Part shown: positions 25,639-26,440 of the stretch, piece after piece
Layout of the letters: the number at the start of each line of letters is the position of its first letter
Position numbering within the stretch: the stretch's first letter is position 1
Virus record (IMG/VR): IMGVR_UViG_3300031519_000185
Coordinates: 1 to 26,440 of that record
Strand: one strand, 5' to 3'
DNA: 26,440 nucleotides
Origin: a virus
Taxonomy: Duplodnaviria > Caudoviricetes
The notes under the pieces: model-generated
The model's input: the letters and a program-made list of their open reading frames with translations, nothing else
Told to the model about the DNA's origin: nothing
Database searches by the model: none
Position numbers and translations under genes: made by a program

Positions 25639-25963
25639 CTGGTATCTCCCATTCATCAAAAGGTTTATTATTTGGTATTGTGCGTTTAGTTTTGGTAAGT
25701 GTAAGGTGCTCACTGCGAAGCATAATTTGGACATTGTCTACACACCAAGGTTGTGTGGTATCACGCCTAGTCAAACATAGACAGTGGCTGTTGCGTCCTT
25801 TGCGTTCAAAGTCAGTGCCCCATACAGTAGCATACTGTTCAAAGGTGAGTTCATACAGTTCACCTCTGTGTTTGGCCTGTGAGCGATGTCTTGAGAAATG
25901 AAGTCTCTGACGACTTTCTAGTTTGGTTGGGTAATTTAATACACCTTGTCTTGTGCCTGCCAT
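25616..25963 (-). CDS. HNH-like (beta-beta-alpha-Me) endonuclease-related protein, possibly degenerate
   Basis: AKHRG..YELTFE and CLTRRD...W..DNV motifs; SD AAGGAG. Confidence 0.6.
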   Translation of the reverse strand: MAGTRQGVLNYPTKLESRQRLHFSRHRSQAKHRGELYELTFEQYATVWGTDFERKGRNSHCLCLTRRDTTQPWCVDNVQIMLRSEHLTLTKTKRTIPNNKPFDEWEIPDEIKHRL

Positions 25964-25973
25964 TGTTGCTCCT

Positions 25974-25995
25974 TATAAACATATTTATCATCAGT
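25974..25995 (-). promoter_or_regulatory. Extended TAAATA motif
   Basis: ACTGATGATAAATATGTTTATA, 20/22 identical to 24104-24125. Confidence 0.7.
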
Positions 25996-26140
25996 GTGAA
26001 TAAGTGGGGTATAAATGGCGTCAAATCTCTGCGTGTAAATTAACCAAGTTCTTAGTGTGTGTAATAAAGGTGTCTTAGACTTAATACTAGCGTCATACAA
26101 CGCTGTTCGTGTAGTCTGACTACTGTGAGTGCATAGTCAT

Positions 26141-26186
26141 AAAAAAGCAATCCAACTGTGGTTTAAGACTAGTTACAGTGGATTGC
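26141..26186 (-). terminator. Intrinsic terminator
   Basis: Stem GCAATCC-ACTGT/ACAGT-T-GGATTGC with one bulge, followed by T6 on the minus strand, downstream of the edge ORF. Confidence 0.65.
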
Positions 26187-26224
26187 AAATGCTGTTAAAT
26201 GGTGGTTATTGTTTTTGTGGTGTT

Positions 26225-26440
26225 TTAATCACTTTTCATTGCTGTTGCAACTACACTAGACCATCCTTGACTAGCATCATCTTGTGTATACTCATATCCG
26301 TGTAACCCCAAGAATAACTGCAATCGTTTGCTTGGATTTTCTAATGAGTAATGATCTTCTTCGTAGTTATACCAAGCACTGGTATTGGTTGTAAAGTTTG
26401 TGTGCTTGGCTGATTGTAGTTGTTCAAACTCACTGTCTGA
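26225..26440 (-). CDS. Partial hypothetical protein (5' end outside the window)
   Basis: 71 open codons (SDSEFEQLQ...AMKSD) ending in TAA at 26225, followed by a terminator. Confidence 0.6.
   Translation of the reverse strand, partial: SDSEFEQLQSAKHTNFTTNTSAWYNYEEDHYSLENPSKRLQLFLGLHGYEYTQDDASQGWSSVVATAMKSD

Noticed and set aside
26030-26140. Short inverted repeats (AGCGT/ACGCT, GTAGTC-T-GACTAC) suggesting a tRNA or ncRNA
   Set aside because: No cloverleaf or T-loop consensus, and stems too short to call.
1-26440. Diversity-generating retroelement, CRISPR array, intron/intein or alternative genetic code
   Set aside because: No reverse transcriptase, adenine-variant repeat pair or spaced repeats seen; terL and capsid are uninterrupted; genes tile densely under the standard code with all three stop codons used.

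Overview
Morphogenesis half of a tailed dsDNA phage with siphovirus architecture, almost all on the minus strand. Order of transcription: a five-gene fibre/adhesin block, terS, terL, portal, three small basic ORFs, scaffold, major capsid, neck genes, tail tube, a -1 frameshifted tail chaperone, tape measure, distal tail, tip protein, a GNAT acetyltransferase, a 1363-aa central tail protein, two tail-associated proteins, a holin-like protein and a Zn-finger protein. Small accessory genes lie at the right end. I recognised no integrase, polymerase, sigma factor, endolysin, tRNA or CRISPR array. Main signals: (1) most transcription units are preceded by a TAAATA box resembling T4-type late promoters, four share an extended TGRTAAATAWGTTTA motif and one implies a leaderless mRNA, so the phage may borrow a helper phage's late transcription system; (2) tandem hairpins with identical AAGGA loops over the adaptor-gene RBS; (3) a GNAT coupled to a tip protein with a Lys-rich amphipathic N-terminus; (4) a DYVAxDYxET peptide shared by two otherwise dissimilar virion proteins; (5) apparent avoidance of several restriction-type sites. 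Product calls come from motif recognition and synteny only; no searches were run.
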